From: Malacoraja senta
Taxonomy: Eukaryota
Length of the DNA: 64,000 bases
Assembly (NCBI GenBank): GCA_038087875.1
Contig: CM075977.1
Span: forward strand, 187,984,001 to 188,048,000
Direction: 5' to 3'
Below the pieces are notes generated by a model. It worked only from the letters and a program-made list of their open reading frames with translations. It searched no databases and was not told the origin of the DNA. A program made the translations under genes and the position numbers. The number at the start of each line of letters is the position of its first letter. The stretch's first letter is position 1. Shown piece after piece: positions 1 through 13,030 of this stretch.

Positions 1-42
1 ATCCCTTTAAACCACCTGAGACTATAGGTGGAGCATCACTCT

Positions 43-240
43 AGATAATAGACAATAGACAATAGATAATAGGTGCAGGAGTAGGCCATTCGGTCCTTCG
101 AACCAGCACCGCCATTCACTGTGATCATGGCTGATCATCCACAATCAGTACACCGTTCCTGCCTTCTCCTCATATCCCATATCCTCATTATCTTTAAGTG
201 CCCTATTTAACTTTCCAACACACAGCTCTATCTAACTCTC
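43..240 (-). mobile_element. CR1 LINE 3' end fragment
   Basis: (ATAGACA)n tail followed by GGTGCAGGAGTAGGCCATTCGG...GATCATGGCTGATCATCC, the reverse complement of the CR1 3'UTR seen at 58600-58700. Confidence 0.85.
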
Positions 241-1035
241 CAACATACCATTACTTCCACTTTCCGTGCAGATTGACAGTAAATAATGACAGTGGTATGA
301 AATGATAATGACAATGCTCCTAATAATGTGCACGTGGAACGTTGTTTTATGCCGCTGTTATTTCAAAGAAATATTCACTGGTAGGCTATTACAATGCGGC
401 ACATAACAGGAATGCAATCAGAGCCAGCCAATACATCTGAATCTAAAATATGGGCAATTAGATAGGTTTATATACTGTCAGTTGTAAAATTTTATCAGGC
501 ATGTTTGGAATGTTATTAGTGTGCAATAAATGCCATCAGTGTTATGAGAATGTAAGATATATGGCGACACTTTTGGAGTCTGAGAAATGATGGCAATGCC
601 AATCCAACAAACACTGGCAGGGCTATCAAACTTCTGTGACAGTGCTATCAGAGTATGATGTAAGCTGACAATGGTATTAGAATCTGAAATAAAATAAAAA
701 TGCAGTCACAGAATAATATGTTCAGGTGGCACTGTTAGACTGTGATATACAATGCCAACGCAAGTGGGCTGTGGTAAATAGTGACTGTTAATCAACTGTG
801 GAGCATGCCAGCAATCATCTATGGAGAGAAATAGAAAACAGAAGCAGGAGAAGATCTTACATCCCCTTGAGTCTGTCCCAACATTCAATACATCTGAACT
901 GATCGTTGATTGCTGGTCAGCATTCCAGCTTGAGCCCCACATTGCTTGAATCCTTTAAAGTTCCTAATTTTGATCAACTATATACTGAATAATTGAGTTT
1001 CAGCTGTACTCAACGTTAAAAAATTCCAGACTCAC

Positions 1036-1398
1036 TATAAAATCATGGGAGGAATAGCTCGGGTAGATGCAGAGTCTCTTGTCCAGAGTAGGAGAATCGA
1101 GGACCAGAGGACATAGGTTTAAGGTGAAGGGGAAAAGATTTAATAGGAATCTGAGGGGTAACTTTTTCACACAAAGGGTGGTGGGTTTATGGAACAAGCT
1201 GCCAGAGGAGGTAGTTGAGGCAGGGACTATCCTAACGTTTAGGAAACAGTTAGACAGATACATGGATAGGACAGGTTTGGAGGGATATGGACCAAACGCG
1301 GGCAGGTGGGACTAATGTAGTTGGGACATGTTGCACGGTGTGGGCAAGTTGGGCCGAAGGGCCTGTTTCCACATTGTATCTCTCTATGACTATGACTA
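1036..1398 (+). mobile_element. CR1 LINE 3' end fragment (second subfamily, CTATGA tail)
   Basis: ORF 1067-1315 (SRTRGH..FFTQRVVGLWNKLP) is a CR1 ORF2 C-terminus; ends in GGGCCGAAGGGCCTGTTTCC...CTATGACTATGA. Confidence 0.85.
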
Positions 1399-1965
1399 AC
1401 CCTCCAAGTGAAAGAATTACTGCTTGCCTCAGTGAAAATGGTGCTACCCTTAAGCTTTGGGTATAATCCTCCAGATAGCACGAACAACCTCTTAGCATCT
1501 ACTCAGTCAAGCTTTCTTACAACATCATTGATATACAGAGTTGTTAGAACAATGAGTATAAAGATAATTAAAATGTTATATCAAATAGTTGAACTTAGTA
1601 TAAACTAACAATGTTGGTTACACTTGCTCTTGCAGATTCAGTTTTTGCAGTTTTATGCATGCAGATTACTGTATGGGTGAGCTGATAATGTCACAGTGAA
1701 CGAAATAGGCCATCCAGGACCTGCATAGGATGAGGAAATAATCCTTCAGCTCCTCACAGAATCACACATGAGGACTGGGCACGGGCAAAGCTATAATCAC
1801 TGAAATTTTAATGCCAACTCAAGGTGGTGAAATAAAGAGAGTGAAAGAAAAACTGGATGACAAGAAAAAAGGATAGTTAAGTAGGATGTTTTTAAAGCCT
1901 GACGAAAAAGAATCCTTGTTCTCATTTAACACTTGGCAAGTTGATTTTCAGTAATTAACACAGCC

Positions 1966-4581
1966 AGCTTGTTCAGTCCTTTTATAATTTTATATGTTTC
2001 TATAAGATCCCCCTCATCCTTCTAAACTGCAGTGAATAAAAGCCTAGTCTTTTCAATCTTTCCTCATATGACAGTTCCGCCATCCCAGGGATCAATCTCG
2101 TGAACCTACGCTGCACTGCCTCAATCACAAGGTTGTCCTTCCTCAAATTAGGAGACCAAAACTGTACACAATACTCCAGATGTGGTCTTACCAGAGCCCT
2201 ATACAACTGCAGAAGAACCTCTTTACTCCTGTACTGAAATCCTCTTGTTATGAAGGCCAACATTCCATTAGCTTTCTTCACTGCCTGCTGTACCTGCATG
2301 CCAACTTTCAGTGACTGGTGTACAAGCACACCCAGGTCTCGCTGCACCTCTCCCTTACCTAACCTAACGCCATTGAGATAATAATCAGCCCCCTATATAT
2401 GGTAAACAGTTGTGGCCTCAACACCGAGCCTTGCGGCACTCCACTCGCCACTGCCTGCCATTCTGAAAAGGACCCGTTCACTCTTACTCTTTGCTTCCTG
2501 TCTGCCAACCAATTTTCAACACCCTACCCCCAATACCATGTGCTCTAATTTTAGTCACCAGTCTCCCATGTGGGACCTTATCAAAGGCTTTCTGAAAGTC
2601 TAGATACACTACATCCACTGGCTCCCCTTCCAGAAGATTAGTCAAGCATGATTTCCCTTTCATAAATCCATGTTGACTTGGACTAATCCTTTGGACTGCT
2701 ATCCAAATGCCTCATTATTAACTCTTTGATAATTGACTCCAGCATCTTTCCCACCACCGAAGTCAGGCTAACTGGTCTGTAATTCCCCGTTTTCTCTCTC
2801 GCTCCTTTCTTGAAAAGTGGGATGACATTAGCTATCCTCCAGTCCACAAGAACTGATCCTGAATCTATTGAACATTGGAAAATGATCACCAATGCGTCCA
2901 CTATTTCTAGAGCCACCTCCCTGAGGACCCTGGGATGAAGACCACCCGGCCCAGGGGATTTATCATTCTTTAGTCCCATTAGCCTACCCAATACTATTTC
3001 TCGCCTAATGAAAATTTATTTCAGTTCCTCTACTCCCTTAGATCCTCTGTCCTCCAGTACATCTGGGAGATTGTTTGTGTCTTCCTTAGTGAAGACAGAT
3101 CCGAAGTACCTGTTCAACTCTTCTGCCATTTCCTTGTTACCCATAATAATTTCACCTGTGTCTGACTTCAAGGGACCCACATTTGACTTTGCAACTCTTT
3201 TTCCTTTAACATATCTAAAGAAGCTTTTACTGTCCTTTATATTTCTGGCCAGCTTCCCCTCGTACTTCATCTTTTTAGCCTGTATTGCCCGTTTTGTTTC
3301 CTTCTGTTGTCCTATGAAAGTTTCCCAATCCTCTGGCTTCCGGTTACTCTTTGCTGTGTTATACATCTTTTCTTTTAGTTTTATTCTATCCCTAACTTCT
3401 CTTGTCAGCCACGGTTGCCTCCTATTCCCCTTAGAATCTTTCTTCCTTTTTGGAATGAAATGATCCTATGTCTTCTGGATTATGCCCAGAAATTCCTGCC
3501 ATTGCTGTTCCACCGTCATTCCTGCTAGGATCCCTTTCCAGTCTACCTTGGTCAGCTCCTCTCTCATGCCTTCATAGTCACCATTGTTCAACTGCATCAC
3601 TGACACTTCCGATTTAACCTTCTCCTTCTCAAATTGCAGATTAAAACTAATCATATTATGATCACTACCTCCAAGCGGTTCCTTTACCTCGAGTTTTCTT
3701 ATCAAATCTGGTTCATTAGACAACATTAAATTGCCTTTTCTCTGGTCGGCTCCATTACAAGGTGTTCTAAGAATCCATCTAGGAGGCACTCTCTTTCTTG
3801 GGGTCCTGAACCAACCTGATTTTCCCAGTCTACCTGCATATTGAAATCCCCCATCACCACAGTGGCATTACCTTTGTTACATGCCAGTTTTAACTCCTGC
3901 TGCAACTTACACCCTACATCCGGGCTATTATTTGGGGGTCTGTAGATAACACCAATTAGTGTATTTTTGCCTTTACAATTCCTCAACTCAATCGACAGTG
4001 ACTCTACCTCTTCAGTCCCTATGTCTTCCTTCGCAAGGGACTGAATTCCATCCCTCAACAGCAGAGCTAACCCCCTGCCTGTCTTTTCTATAGGATGTAT
4101 AACCCTGAATATTAAGTTCCCAGGCCCGATCCTCCTGCAGCCATGTCTCAGTAATATCTCAGTCATATCTACCAACCTCTAACTGAGCCTCAAGCTCATC
4201 TACTTTACTTCTTATACTTCGCGCATTCATATACAATACTTTTAATTCCTTACGCATCTCACCTTTCACATCAATCCCAATTAAACTTGGCCATACTCTC
4301 CTATCCCTTTGTGAGCTTTCTTTCCCATTAATTCTGGGGTCATTACCTATCCCTTTACTCTCTTTCCCTTTAACTCCGTCTTTGACTATCCCATTTGACA
4401 ACCCCCCTCCCCTTATTTAGTTTAAAACCACCCGTGTAGCAGTGGCAAACCTGCCTGCCAGAAAGCTGGTCCCCCACCTGTTAAGGTGCAATCCGTCCCT
4501 TTTGAACAGTTCCCCCTTACTCCAAAACAGATCCCAGTGGTCTAAGAATCTAAATCCCTGTCCCCGGCACCAGTTCCTCAG
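1966..4581 (-). mobile_element. Degenerate CR1 LINE body (ORF1 esterase end, APE, RT), inverted relative to its own 3' end
   Basis: Minus-strand ORF pieces with DGLHLN (ORF1), YRPP and GDFN (APE), KSPGP..HPRVL, NYRPVSLTS and RPHLEYCVQFWSP (RT); many frameshifts and deletions. Confidence 0.92.
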
Positions 4582-4585
4582 TCCT

Positions 4586-4930
4586 GATGCAGGAAAAATG
4601 TACCCAATGTTGGGCAAGTCCAGAACTAGGGGCCACATTCTTAGAATAAAGGGGAGGCCTTTTAAGACTGAGGTGAGAAAAAACGTTTTCACCCAGAGAG
4701 TTGTGAATTTGTGTAATTCCCTGCCACAGAGGGCAGTGGAGGCCAAATCACTGGATGGATTTAAGAGAGAGTTAGATAGAGCTCTAGGGGCTAGTGGAAT
4801 CAAGGGATATGGGGAGAAGGCAGGCACGGGTTATTGATTGGGGATGATCAGCCATGATCACAATGAATGGCGGTGCTGGCTCAAAGGGCCGAATGACCTC
4901 CTCCTGCACCTATTTTCTATGTTTCTATGT
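4586..4930 (+). mobile_element. CR1 3' end (non-inverted part of the 1966-4930 insertion)
   Basis: DAGKMYPMLGKSRTRGH...GYGEKAGTGY, then 3'UTR and TTTCTATG tail; begins where the inverted part stops in element coordinates. Confidence 0.9.
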
Positions 4931-5138
4931 AAGGGGGGAGGGGAAGAACAATGGAGGACCTGGCATGAGGGAACTGTTGGTGGGGGGGGGGAGGGGGGGA
5001 CAAAAGGAGGAGCCGGCATGCTTTGTAGTTTTGTCAGCGCCATAGGTGGCCACTATTTGTATACATTGTGTATGCAAGCAAATAATCTAATTGTGCCTAG
5101 TCACATGTGACAATAAAGTATTCCTATTCCTATTCCTA
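4931..5138 (+). mobile_element. Short non-LTR element 3' end with Rex1/L2-type tail
   Basis: GCAAGCAAA...CACATGTGACAATAAA plus (TATTCC)n, the same tail type as 31100-31175. Confidence 0.5.
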
Positions 5139-5869
5139 ATTTTGTTAATAAGGTACTTAGAAATCAGCAGTTTTGTTTGTTGGGGTGATTTTGTCTATGT
5201 TTACTGTACTTCATTCTGCTCAATGCATTTTGATGGCAAGAGAGAATGTAAAATGACATTTTAATTAAGTTAACAGAGATACAGTACATCTTCAACAATT
5301 ACTTTCGGATTTCCGCTTGGCCTCATCTGAAGTTGCTGTATCATTGAAACGTGAATAATAGGTATTGTCATTGGATTTACCATTATTTCAATTACAAATT
5401 ATATTTTTAATGCACTGTACTGGCTATTATTGTGATACATCCTCTTATGTTCATGTAATGTAATACAAACTTGTAGCATTATTGGAAAGAGATGTTTATT
5501 ATTAATGTTGAGTTAGAATATGGTAAATATTGACAGTACACTGTGATGAAGGTTATTCTAGCATTGCCATTTTATTGCTTGGGTTATATAAAACTACAAC
5601 ATTTATCTCACTACATTATCACAGTTGTTAATGTGATGCTCTGAGTTCTGCTCAGAATTCAGGGCCAAGTTAGACTTGTGTTTGCTTCTATGCTCAGTTT
5701 TACTATGCTGAGCTCTTGTGCCAAACATTCTCCTTAATTAGTTGCAGTTTATCCATTCTCCCTTAAAGATGCAGTGAAAACATTGGATGTATCAGTGTTT
5801 CGATGTGAGCAACATGAGACGTCAACCACATATCTGTGCTCTTAGTGTTTATCAAGTCAAACAGAGTTA

Positions 5870-6666
5870 TTGGCCTGTCTCACTTAGGCGATTGTTCAGC
5901 GGACTGCCGGCGACTGTCAAGTTGCTGGCAGTCGCCTGAAAAACCGGGAACTGGAACGGCGACTGTCAGAGTGGAACACACACACACAAACACATCGCAA
6001 AGGCGGGGCCAGGGCAAGCGGGGGGAGCGCTGTCTGAAATTCACACGGTGCAAAGCCAAGGTGATACAGACACACACCGCGATGAACAGGAAGGTTGGCG
6101 CTGTAATTAAGACGGCTAGCACAGAGTACGGCAAGTCCTTTAAAAGAGAGGGGGAGAGGGGGGGAGTGGGAGAAGGGGGGAGGAGGAGTGGAGACAACTT
6201 TTAAGAAGCCAGACAACTTTTAAGAAGCCAGAGATACACAGCTGTGCAGTTCGGCGGACATTTACCATTGCCGATCGGTTATCCTTGGTTCTGAAAACTA
6301 CTGCTCACGTTTTTCTTCCTCAATAAGCCATTGAAAATGACTGGTCAGCAAAGTTGATTAACTAAAACTACCTATGACTACCTTGACTGCCTACAACTAC
6401 ATGGCGACCCCACCACAACTGCACCCATGACTACAGGATTATCGATTATCTCCATGGCGACCAATTTTTGGCCGCAGAAAATGTTTCAACATGTTGAAAA
6501 ATTTGCGGTGACCATACTGAGGCCGCAACTAGTTCCCAGAATGCGGGAACTGCTCGCGACCATGAAGGAGACTCACCAGAGACCACCAGTAAACATGTGA
6601 CGACCATGTGGTGAGCGGAGAGTCTCCTGCACTCGCCTAAAAAGTCGCCTAAGTGGGACAGGCCCA
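5870..6666. mobile_element. Non-autonomous TIR DNA transposon (PIF/Harbinger-like), ~800 bp
   Basis: TIRs GGCCTGTCTCACTTAGGCGA / TCGCCTAAGTGGGACAGGCC with TTA on both flanks; inverted homologue at 21370-22471. Confidence 0.85.
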
Positions 6667-6793
6667 TTAGAAAACCAATGCAATATTTCCAAGAACATTA
6701 TAATCCCACACACTCACATGCATATATTTTTTAAATTAATAATTATGCAATATTGGTTTTAAACTTCCAGGTATGAACCTTAATATCTTTTAT

Positions 6794-7226
6794 ACATAGA
6801 TACATAGAAAATAGGTGCAGGAGTAGGCCATTCGGCCCTTCGAGCCTGCACCGCCATTCAATATGATCATGGCTGATCATCCAACTCAGTATCCCGTACC
6901 TGCCTTCTCTCCATACCCCCTGATCCCTTTAGCCACAAGGGCCACATCTAACTCCCTCTTAAATATAGCCAATGAACTGGCGTCAACTACCCTCTGTGGC
7001 AGAGAGTTCCAGAGATTCACCACTCTCTGTGTGAAAAAGTTTTTCCTCATCTCGGTCTTAAAGGATTTCCCCCTTATCCTTAAGCTGTGACCCCTTGTCC
7101 TGGACTTCCCCAACATCGGGAACAATCTTCCTGCATCTAGCCTGTCCAACCCCATAAGAATTTTGTACGTTTCTATAAGATCCCCTCTCAATCTCCTAAA
7201 TTCTAGCGAGTATAAGCGAGTATAAG
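6794..7226 (-). mobile_element. Young CR1 3' fragment
   Basis: ORF 6886-7191 and its DNA are nearly identical to the 3' end of the long copy at 58600-59015. Confidence 0.92.
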
Positions 7227-10050
7227 TACTGCATGATCGATCTGTCGATATTCAAAAAAATGGGAACATATTGTGCATATTACTTTTACATCAATCTCAC
7301 CCAAAATTGCCTAATAAACTGTCAGCTCAAAAGAAATGTCAAGCCCTGTGGAGAGGGGACTCACCTAAGAACGGTGGTGGGTGGGGTGCAGTGGGGGTTG
7401 TAATGTGAGAAGACATTGAACTTGAGCAAAAACAGACACATATTATCGATCATTAATAACTTTTTATGAAAGATTTATAAAAAGTCACAAATACAAAACA
7501 GCATAAGAAAGATATTGTTTCTCAAACAACATTCAAGACCTTTGGTAATATTCTTCCTTTTTTAACTCAAACATATCATTAGCTTAATAAAAGCTGTCAT
7601 GAGATCTGTAGTAAATGATTAAACCCGTCCTACATAAATTAGACGGTGTTCAAACTACATCTGTGCAGTAATCATTTTGGGACTCTTTGAATTGCCTCTG
7701 TTTTCTTTGAGGAAAGTTGATAGAACACTGGCGCAATATTGATTGTGCAGTAACAATAAATTTCAGAAATTCCGACAACTAGAAGAAGGATAAATGAAGG
7801 GTTTTGGAAATTAAATCAACAAATTCACAAAAAATGACTGAACTTTTCTTATTTCTCCTTTGCTAATGTAAAGGTGCTTAAGTGAGAACATCTGATATCA
7901 TGTAGGAACCTTGGTCGAAAGACATATTGTTCAAGAGACAGCAAGAACTGAATCAATTTGTTGTAAGTTGACATGATTGCTGAATGATGTGGTTAACAGC
8001 TCCAACCATCGATGGTAATTTAGGCTATTTATCAGCAACTCATTGAAGCTGCCTTGCTAGCATAACATCAAATACTCAAAGCTCCAGCCATCTCCTGTGG
8101 ACTGCACTTCTTCCCATTGCAAGAGGAATATTTGCTTATTTGCCTAACACCATTTTCACAGAAAAGGCCAGATAGAAGAACAGTTTGCTCATGAAAGCCT
8201 TTTATGTGGAGATGAACTGACCATTTGATTTTGTATACAATATATTTCCTTGCAAGCTTTACTGGATAGATGTCAGGAACAGATATATCAGCTGATATAA
8301 TGTTTTCCCCCCATGGCCTCCATTTTCCCCCCATCCTTGGCCTTCTCCTCATGCTAGTCAGTTAATCAGCTCTAACAACAGTTCCCCTCAGTCAGTTTAG
8401 TTAACTCAACACATGGAGAAGTCAAATATTGGATTTTTATACCTCTTTGACTGAATAACATTTACCAATGGAACAAACAGGGATCTTAACTGATTGCTTT
8501 AAAATATATACAACACTAAGTTATTTGACAAACTAAGTATGGGCACTGTTTCAGATAGAGAAGATAATTATGTGGTTGTAATTGGACACACAAAACATAC
8601 AAAAAGAGTTAACATAATATGTACAATGCAGCAAAATGAAACAGAATGCAGATACATACCACAGCAAATCGAGATCATTCTTGAATCATTTGATGTTCTG
8701 TACTCTCAGAATGAGGACCATCTTCGATCAGCTGCAAACAGAATGTTTAAGATTAAATCTTGTGCTGATATAATGCAATTAATCTCTTCCACAGTCATCG
8801 GCATGTTTTTGATGGGCAAGATTTCTACTTTCTTTAAAGCACTGTGCTCACTTTTTATCTGACAGCCTCCTCTGCAAGAGACTCACCAGCATCTAAGAAC
8901 TGCCTGGCGTGAGTTTACACTTGTTAAATTACGACCAGTTAGACTCTGCTTTTCTAATCCATTTCTTGAATTTGAGATCTAGATATTTTCCCCTACAGCA
9001 CATGGTGTCTACTGTTTTATTTATTCTGCCCTTTGTGTGGTTGGCTGCTTTCAGCTTGTACATGGAACCATGAGATTAGACTACGTGTCGCTTTTGATTG
9101 AGAATCCATTTAGCATTTGAATGTTTACTGTCAATCAGATTAACAGAAGTGTGTTAAAGCTAACCTTACCAGACTAAAGAGAGAGAGAGACAGAGACAGG
9201 AGGAACGTATTAAGGATAGAAAATAACATCAGACAAATCTTCCTGCAAAGTGCTTTCTGGATCAGTTAGAATCCCAGTCACCTAAAACAAAATCACATGC
9301 AAAGCTATCATTGTATATAGATGTTGGGGTTATGGGGGTGGGGAACTGCTCCAAAACACTGCATTGATACCTTTCTGGCACCCGAGAAGAGTTTTAAAAA
9401 CAATATATATTTGAATTTTGTGGCATGTTTCCTTTTGGGGTTAATAGCTGCCATAGCAACAATCAGAGCAGCAGCTGCTGATTTAAATATATTAAAATGT
9501 TGACTGTGATCCAACCAACTGCCGTGTGTATCTGAGACATTTGTTAAAGGATGGGGTAAAAATACAGTACCTTTTTGTATTTTGACAGTGTTGCTATGGT
9601 CATTGTTCTAATAACATTAGGTACTCCCTAGTATTAAGCTCCTTATGCATGCAAGCAACCCCTCCTCTTGGTATTAGAAACATTGTCAGGAATAATATCT
9701 TCTAATCAAACGGTTCCTGGTTCAGACTTTGAGCTTGCTAAGAAAAAAGGCTTGTCAACCTATTGAATTGTTCCTCATCAATTTTCTATGTGCAGGTTAT
9801 TAGCTCCTTTATAAAATGTGGCAGCAACATTGGCTGAAGAATTTACTGTAGTTGCATTCATTGCAAGAGTGTGACGTTGCGAGATACAGTCTGTAAAGAG
9901 AGAGGAAGGTGTTGAATCAATACTGTTATTCATCTAATGGATCTTTCTTCACCCAGAATGTCGAAGCTACAGTGCTGAACCAGGCCATTTGGCCAGCTAG
10001 ATCACCGTGACGTTCCATGTCCCTCTTCTATCTAGTCCACCATTTCAATT

Positions 10051-10233
10051 AGATAGGCACAAAAAGCTGGAGTAACTCAGCGGGTCAGACAGCATCTCTG
10101 GAGTAAAGGAATAGGTGACATTCCAGGTCGAGAAGAGATGTCTGAAGAAGGATCTCAACCCGAAACGTCACCTATTCCTTTTCTTCAGAGATGCTACCTG
10201 ACCTGCTGAGTTACTCCAGCTTTCTAACTATCT
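10051..10233. mobile_element. Penelope-derived palindromic short element with hammerhead-like core
   Basis: Inverted arms AAAGCTGGAGTAACTCAGC..GGAATAGGTGAC / GTCACCTATTCC..GCTGAGTTACTCCAGCTTT; CTGAAGA-stem-GAAAC-GTC at 10142-10169. Confidence 0.8.
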
Positions 10234-10717
10234 CTGAGGAGTCAGCTATCAACTCCGGCCCATTGGCCCATTGTTGATTTAGTAAATTATCTGGAGAGTG
10301 CAGTGGCTATGAACATATGCAATGCCTCCTGAAGGTTATGGAAGGGAGCCAAACAGAATGAAACCATTTCCAAAACTTGACAGTATATATATATATATAT
10401 ATGTATAAAAACAAAGAATCAGAGAAACAGCTTTGTTTCTCCTGTTCTAATCTCGGCACTGAATTTACAAAGAAGTCCAAAAATGATTTATGTTTTTCTT
10501 TGTGCTCAAGCTACTTGCTTTTGGCCATTTTCTTCTCTCCATATTATTTTTAAATGTTCCAGATGGATGTCATATAAAACAGTTTTATTTTTTAATACAA
10601 TTTTTCAGAAGTGTTAAGCAATGATGTTGAAAGCTCTCTACTTAAAAACGTAGTTACTGATAGACCACTCAACAATGCCTTCACCAGTTAGCCATTATGG
10701 GTTCCATATTGGGGAAG

Positions 10718-11048
10718 AGTTTAGTTTATTTAATTTAGTTTAGAGCTACAGCACAGAAACAGGCCTTTCGGCCCACCGAGTTCGCACAGACTAGCAATCC
10801 CTGCACGTTAACACAATCCTACACACGCTAGGGACAATTTACACATACACCAAGCCAATTAACCTACATACAGGTACCTGTACGTCTTTGGAGTGTGTGA
10901 GGAACAAAGATCTCAGAGAAAACCCACGCGGTCAAGGGGAGAACGTACAAACTCCGTACAGACAGCGCTCGTAGTCGGGATCGAACCCCAGTCTCCGGCG
11001 CTGCAAGCGCTGTAAGGCAGCAACTCTACCACTGCGCCACCATGGCCA
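10718..11048 (-). mobile_element. tRNA-derived V-SINE (HE1-like)
   Basis: Reverse strand shows A box TGGCGCAGTGG, B box GGTTCGATCC, V-domain GGAGTTTGTACGTTCTCCCC, a CR1-like 3' end and a (CTAAA)n tail. Confidence 0.85.
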
Positions 11049-11392
11049 CCCACTTTTTTAGTTTAAACTAAACTAAAAGAGTTATGTCAGCATTACTGGC
11101 ATTCTAATACAGAGACTGAAGTTCAAATCCAACCAGGACAGTCAGTGAACTACAAGTAGGAGGAGGCTGCTTGCTTTTTCAAGCCTCCTCAATCATGTAA
11201 TAAGATCATAGCACATCATCTGTACCCTCTGCTCCACGTCCCAATCAAACTCGAATTATCTTTGTTTCCCTTACCTTTCTGGAATATATCAACTTCTGTT
11301 TAAAAATATTCAAATACTGCTTCCACCGCCCCTTGAAAGGATTTCCAACTTTCCACCCATATCCCTCACCACAGCCTTTCCAGCAGTTGATT

Positions 11393-11530
11393 AGTACGGG
11401 TGTCAGAGGTTATGGGGAGAAGGCAGGAGAATGGGGTTAGAGGGGGGGAGAGATAGATCAGCCATGATTGAATGTTGGAGTAGACTTGATGGGCCAAATG
11501 ACCTAATTCTGCTCCTATCACTTATGATCT
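11393..11530 (+). mobile_element. CR1 3' end fragment
   Basis: GGTTATGGGGAGAAGGCAGG..GATCAGCCATGATTGAATG..GGGCCAAATGACCTAATTCTGCTCCTA. Confidence 0.75.
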
Positions 11531-12580
11531 TACCCTCTACTCCATCAGTTTGAAGAAGGGACCTGACCCAAATCATTGTCTGTTCTCTCCACAGATGCTC
11601 TGATCCTTCAGCACGTTGTTATTTTGTCCAGAAAGTGACTTATTTCTCTCTCAGATGCGCAAGCCCAAACTGTTCAACAGCAATCCCTAGTTCTTGACTG
11701 CCTCGTAGGAAATGTATTCTGCACGGCTGCTCGATTAAGACCACACAGGTTCTTATGTTTCAATTAATTTGCCCCTCACTCTTTAAAATGCAATTAATTG
11801 AATACATTTGGAATAAAAAGCCAGTATTAGGCTGTCCATGCACTGGACTGTGGTGAGAGCCCAACTTGATCAATGATCACTAATTAATTTTAGGTAAATG
11901 AATCTGATGTGGTTAAGACTATCTTAGTATCTGGTTGGCATGTACACACTTCACACATTCTTCACGTACATTCGTTATTCAAAGCAATATCATGCTCCAC
12001 ACATTGGAAAAAGCTGGCAATAACTAGTCCATGAAAACACCTACAGAGTATGAATCATGATCCTCAGGAGAAGGGATAAAGCATGGACTGACTCAAATTG
12101 CTTGCAGTTTTATTTTAGAAATTGTTATTTATATTTACTGCAGTTTTTAAATGTCTGAAAGTGTCCATAAGAATTGGTCTTCTACACCTCTTTATTCCCT
12201 TTTGCTAATAGAATGGGCCTGTTGGTCTTGTGCCAAATTTTCACGTCCGTTGGTCTGATTGTATACGCCTGGATAATCTGGGTAGTCTGTAGTCCACCAT
12301 GAGAAATCCAGGAGTTATGCACAGCAGTTTCAAGAGTGCTGATCAGTTGAGCAGAATTTACAGACTTCCATCTCTGCTTAGTTGTCCTAAGTTTCTGCAA
12401 TGATTATGTAGGTAAAGTTGGTAGTTCCAAGACAGTCTGCCAACTTCTAACCTCAATATCTAGGCCATTTTATATACATTCAAATATATCGTATCAATAT
12501 TATTTCATTGGGTTTTGATGATGGAGTTAATTTCTGAATTGTGTGTTCCTCGGGGGTCATTTTCAAAAATACTGGAGCTA

Positions 12581-13030
12581 TATAGAAACATAGAAACATA
12601 GAAACTAGGTGCAGGGGTAGGCCATTCGGCCTTTTGAGCCAGCACTGACATTCAATATGATCATGGCTGATCATCCAAAATCAGTATCCTGTTCCTGCTT
12701 TTTCCCACATATCCCTTGATTCCATTAGCCCGAGGAGCTAAATCTAACTCTCTCTTGAAAGCATCCAGAGAATTGGCCTCCACTGCCTTCTGAGGCAGAA
12801 GATTCCACAGATTCACAACCTTCTGTGTGAAAATGTTTTTCCTCATCTCCGTTCTAAATGGCCTACCCCTTATTCTTAAACTGTAACCCCTGGCTCTGGA
12901 CTCCCCCAATATTGGGAACATTTTTTCTGCATCTCGCCTGTCCAATCCCTTAAGAGTTTTATATGTTTCCATAAGATCCCCTCTCAACCGTCTAAATTCC
13001 AGTGAATTTAAGTCCAGCCGATCCATTCAA
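12581..13030 (-). mobile_element. CR1 3' fragment flanked by a ~80-bp direct duplication
   Basis: ORF 12661-13026 is a CR1 C-terminus; (CATAGAAA)n tail; flanks 12494-12578 and 13027-13101 are homologous. Confidence 0.9.

Noticed and set aside
8068-8352. Minus-strand 94-aa ORF and neighbouring protein-looking frames (7870-8900)
   Set aside because: No recognisable domain or convincing splice structure; would need TBLASTX to rescue.
10960-11048. tRNA gene
   Set aside because: The A/B boxes are the head of a V-SINE and are continuous with its V-domain and LINE tail.
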